From: an uncultured Bacteroidaceae bacterium
Lineage (GTDB): Bacteria; Bacteroidota; Bacteroidia; Bacteroidales; JAADGE01
Assembly (NCBI GenBank): GCA_964472505.1
Contig: CAYYQW010000013.1
Location: forward strand, 247 to 64,246
Direction of reading: 5' to 3'
Length of the DNA stretch: 64,000 nucleotides
Made by a program: the position numbers and the translations under genes. Positions 62,149 through 64,000 of this stretch are shown piece by piece. The notes beneath the pieces are model-generated. The model was not told the DNA's origin, made no database searches, and saw only the letters and a program-made list of their open reading frames with translations. Each line of letters begins with the position of its first letter. Positions within the stretch are counted from its first letter, which is position 1.

Positions 62149-64000
62149 ATGAATGAAAAAATTGAAAATCAAAACGAAGAAACCAACCAAGCAGAAGAGT
62201 TGGAAACTCAGGCTTCTTCAGAAGTAAAACAAGAAGAGCAGGAGAAGAAAGAAACAACGGAAAAAGAAGAGGAGACGCAACAAACTGAAGAAGAAGCCCA
62301 AAAAGAGAATTTTGAAGAAAATCAGTTTTCGGAAAATGAATCAACCTTGGATTTCAACTGGGATGCAGCCTCGACAGATGTAGATGACTATTCGAAAAAA
62401 GAAAGACAATCTATGGAAGATGTTTATGGCGAAACTTTATCTACCATAAACGAAAAAGAAATTGTAGAAGGAACGGTAATATCCGTATCCGACCGTGAAG
62501 TTGTAGTAAATATTGGCTACAAATCCGAAGGTGTTGTAAACCGCAACGAGTTTCGTTATCGTCCGGATCTGGCCAAAGGCGACAAAGTAGAAGTTTACAT
62601 TGAAAGTCAGGAAGACAAAGAAGGCCAACTGATTCTTTCACATAAAAAAGCACGTACGCTTAATGCTTGGAAAAATATCAATAACGCTTACGAAAGTGAT
62701 GAGATCCTTAAAGGTTACATTAAATGTCGTACTAAAGGCGGTATGATTGTGGATGTATTCGGAATAGAAGCATTCTTGCCGGGCTCGCAAATCGATGTTA
62801 AACCCATTCGCGACTACGATGCTTATGTGGATAAAACCATGGAATTCAAAGTGGTGCAAATTAACAAAGAATACAAAAACGTTGTTGTTTCGCACAAAGC
62901 ACTTATTGAAGCTGAGCTTGAAGAGCAAAAACAAAAAATTATTGAACAACTTGAAAAAGGACAAGTTCTTAAAGGCACCGTTAAAAATATTACCTCATAC
63001 GGTGTATTCATCGACTTAGGCGGAGTGGACGGTTTAATCCATATTACCGACCTGTCTTGGGGTCGTATTAACCACCCCGAGGAAGTTGTAGAACTTGATC
63101 AGGAACTCAATGTTGTGATTCTTGACTATGACGAAAACAAAAAACGTATTGCACTTGGTTTAAAACAATTAGAGCCTCATCCGTGGGATTCTTTAGACCC
63201 CGAAATGAAAGTGGGCGACCGAGTAAAAGGCAGAGTAGTTGTGATTACCGACTATGGTGCATTTATCGAAATCAAACCCGGCGTAGAAGGCTTGGTACAC
63301 GTTTCGGAAATGAGCTGGTCACAACACCTCAGAACTGCTCAAGACTTCTTGAACGTAGGCGACGAAGTAGAAGCCGAAATTCTTACATTGGACCGCGAAG
63401 AGCGTAAAATGTCATTGGGTATGAAGCAATTAAAACCCGATCCGTGGGAAAATATTGCAGAAAAATATCCGGTAGGAAGCAAGCACAAAACGACTGTGAA
63501 AAACTTTACAAACTTTGGTATTTTCGTAGAGCTTGAAGAAGGTGTTGACGGATTGATTCACATTTCTGATCTCTCATGGACCAAAAAAGTGAAACATCCG
63601 GCAGAATTTACAAAAATTGGTGAAGAAATTGAAGTAGTGGTTCTTGATGTTGATTCCGAAGGCAGAAAATTAAGTCTCGGACACAAGCAACTCGAAGAGA
63701 ATCCGTGGGATGTATTCGAAACTCTTTTCAAAGAAAACAGCGTGCATGAAGGTACGGTTCTGAATATCGGAGCAAAAGAGGCCACAATTGCGCTTCCGTA
63801 TGGTGTTGAAGGAATTTGCTACCTGAAAAACCTGAAAAAAGAAGACGGCGAAACTTTGGAAACAGATGAAAAAGCAAACTTCAAAGTATTGGAATTCAAA
63901 AAAGATTCCAAGAAAATTGTTGTTTCACATTCACACAGCTACAAAGAAGATATCGAGCCGACAAAACGCAGCAAGAAACAGCCTGATATTGAATCAACTA
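62149..64000 (+). CDS. rpsA: 30S ribosomal protein S1 (3' end beyond the window)
   Basis: It is not in the ORF track because it has no stop in the window. I translated it by hand from the ATG at 62149, which has an in-frame TAA two codons upstream. Successive S1 domains are present (EGTVISVSDREVVVNIGYKSEG, GYIKCRTKGGMIVDVFGIEAFLPGSQ, GTVKNITSYGVFIDLGGVDGLIHITD and others), and the frame is open to 64000. The first 60 or so residues are an E/Q/K-rich extension, so the start is uncertain. Confidence 0.93.
   Translation, partial: MNEKIENQNEETNQAEELETQASSEVKQEEQEKKETTEKEEETQQTEEEAQKENFEENQFSENESTLDFNWDAASTDVDDYSKKERQSMEDVYGETLSTINEKEIVEGTVISVSDREVVVNIGYKSEGVVNRNEFRYRPDLAKGDKVEVYIESQEDKEGQLILSHKKARTLNAWKNINNAYESDEILKGYIKCRTKGGMIVDVFGIEAFLPGSQIDVKPIRDYDAYVDKTMEFKVVQINKEYKNVVVSHKALIEAELEEQKQKIIEQLEKGQVLKGTVKNITSYGVFIDLGGVDGLIHITDLSWGRINHPEEVVELDQELNVVILDYDENKKRIALGLKQLEPHPWDSLDPEMKVGDRVKGRVVVITDYGAFIEIKPGVEGLVHVSEMSWSQHLRTAQDFLNVGDEVEAEILTLDREERKMSLGMKQLKPDPWENIAEKYPVGSKHKTTVKNFTNFGIFVELEEGVDGLIHISDLSWTKKVKHPAEFTKIGEEIEVVVLDVDSEGRKLSLGHKQLEENPWDVFETLFKENSVHEGTVLNIGAKEATIALPYGVEGICYLKNLKKEDGETLETDEKANFKVLEFKKDSKKIVVSHSHSYKEDIEPTKRSKKQPDIEST

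Overview
This is a 64-kb AT-rich chromosomal segment that reads as Bacteroidota. Supporting signs are a T9SS C-terminal sorting-domain remnant, TAnnTTTG -7 promoter boxes in front of several genes, no obvious Shine-Dalgarno signals, and typical conserved genes such as DUF349, AsmA-like and TPR/PD40/OmpA. The window is gene-dense and mostly housekeeping: pyrBI, queA, mazG, purC, a phoH-like gene, pyrG, yidC, aroC, cdaA-folP, fabG, trkAH, trmD, and a sugar-nucleotide block (ugd, uxs, rmlA, rmlC). It also holds most of rpsA (62149 to the window end), which is absent from the supplied ORF track because it has no stop inside the window. There is one tRNA-Arg(ACG). I saw no rRNA, CRISPR, transposase, integrase, or recognisable defence or prophage island. 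The signals most worth follow-up are not in the ORF list. (1) A MITE-like non-coding mobile element family: two copies with 11-bp terminal inverted repeats and perfect 8-bp target-site duplications (56180-56516 and 61665-61870), plus two decayed copies carrying TCTGAnn heptamer arrays (142-169 and 6091-6199). (2) An in-frame TGA 38 codons before the apparent natural end of a C69 dipeptidase, followed by a perfect 8-bp hairpin. (3) A leader ORF plus terminator directly upstream of pyrB that looks like a pyrBI-type attenuator. (4) A 7-nt homopolymer that separates the signal peptide from the body of a 713-aa TPR/PD40/OmpA protein. (5) An orphan T9SS sorting-domain fragment wedged against the tRNA. 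All product names come from motif recognition by eye. No database search, alignment program or GC calculation was available.
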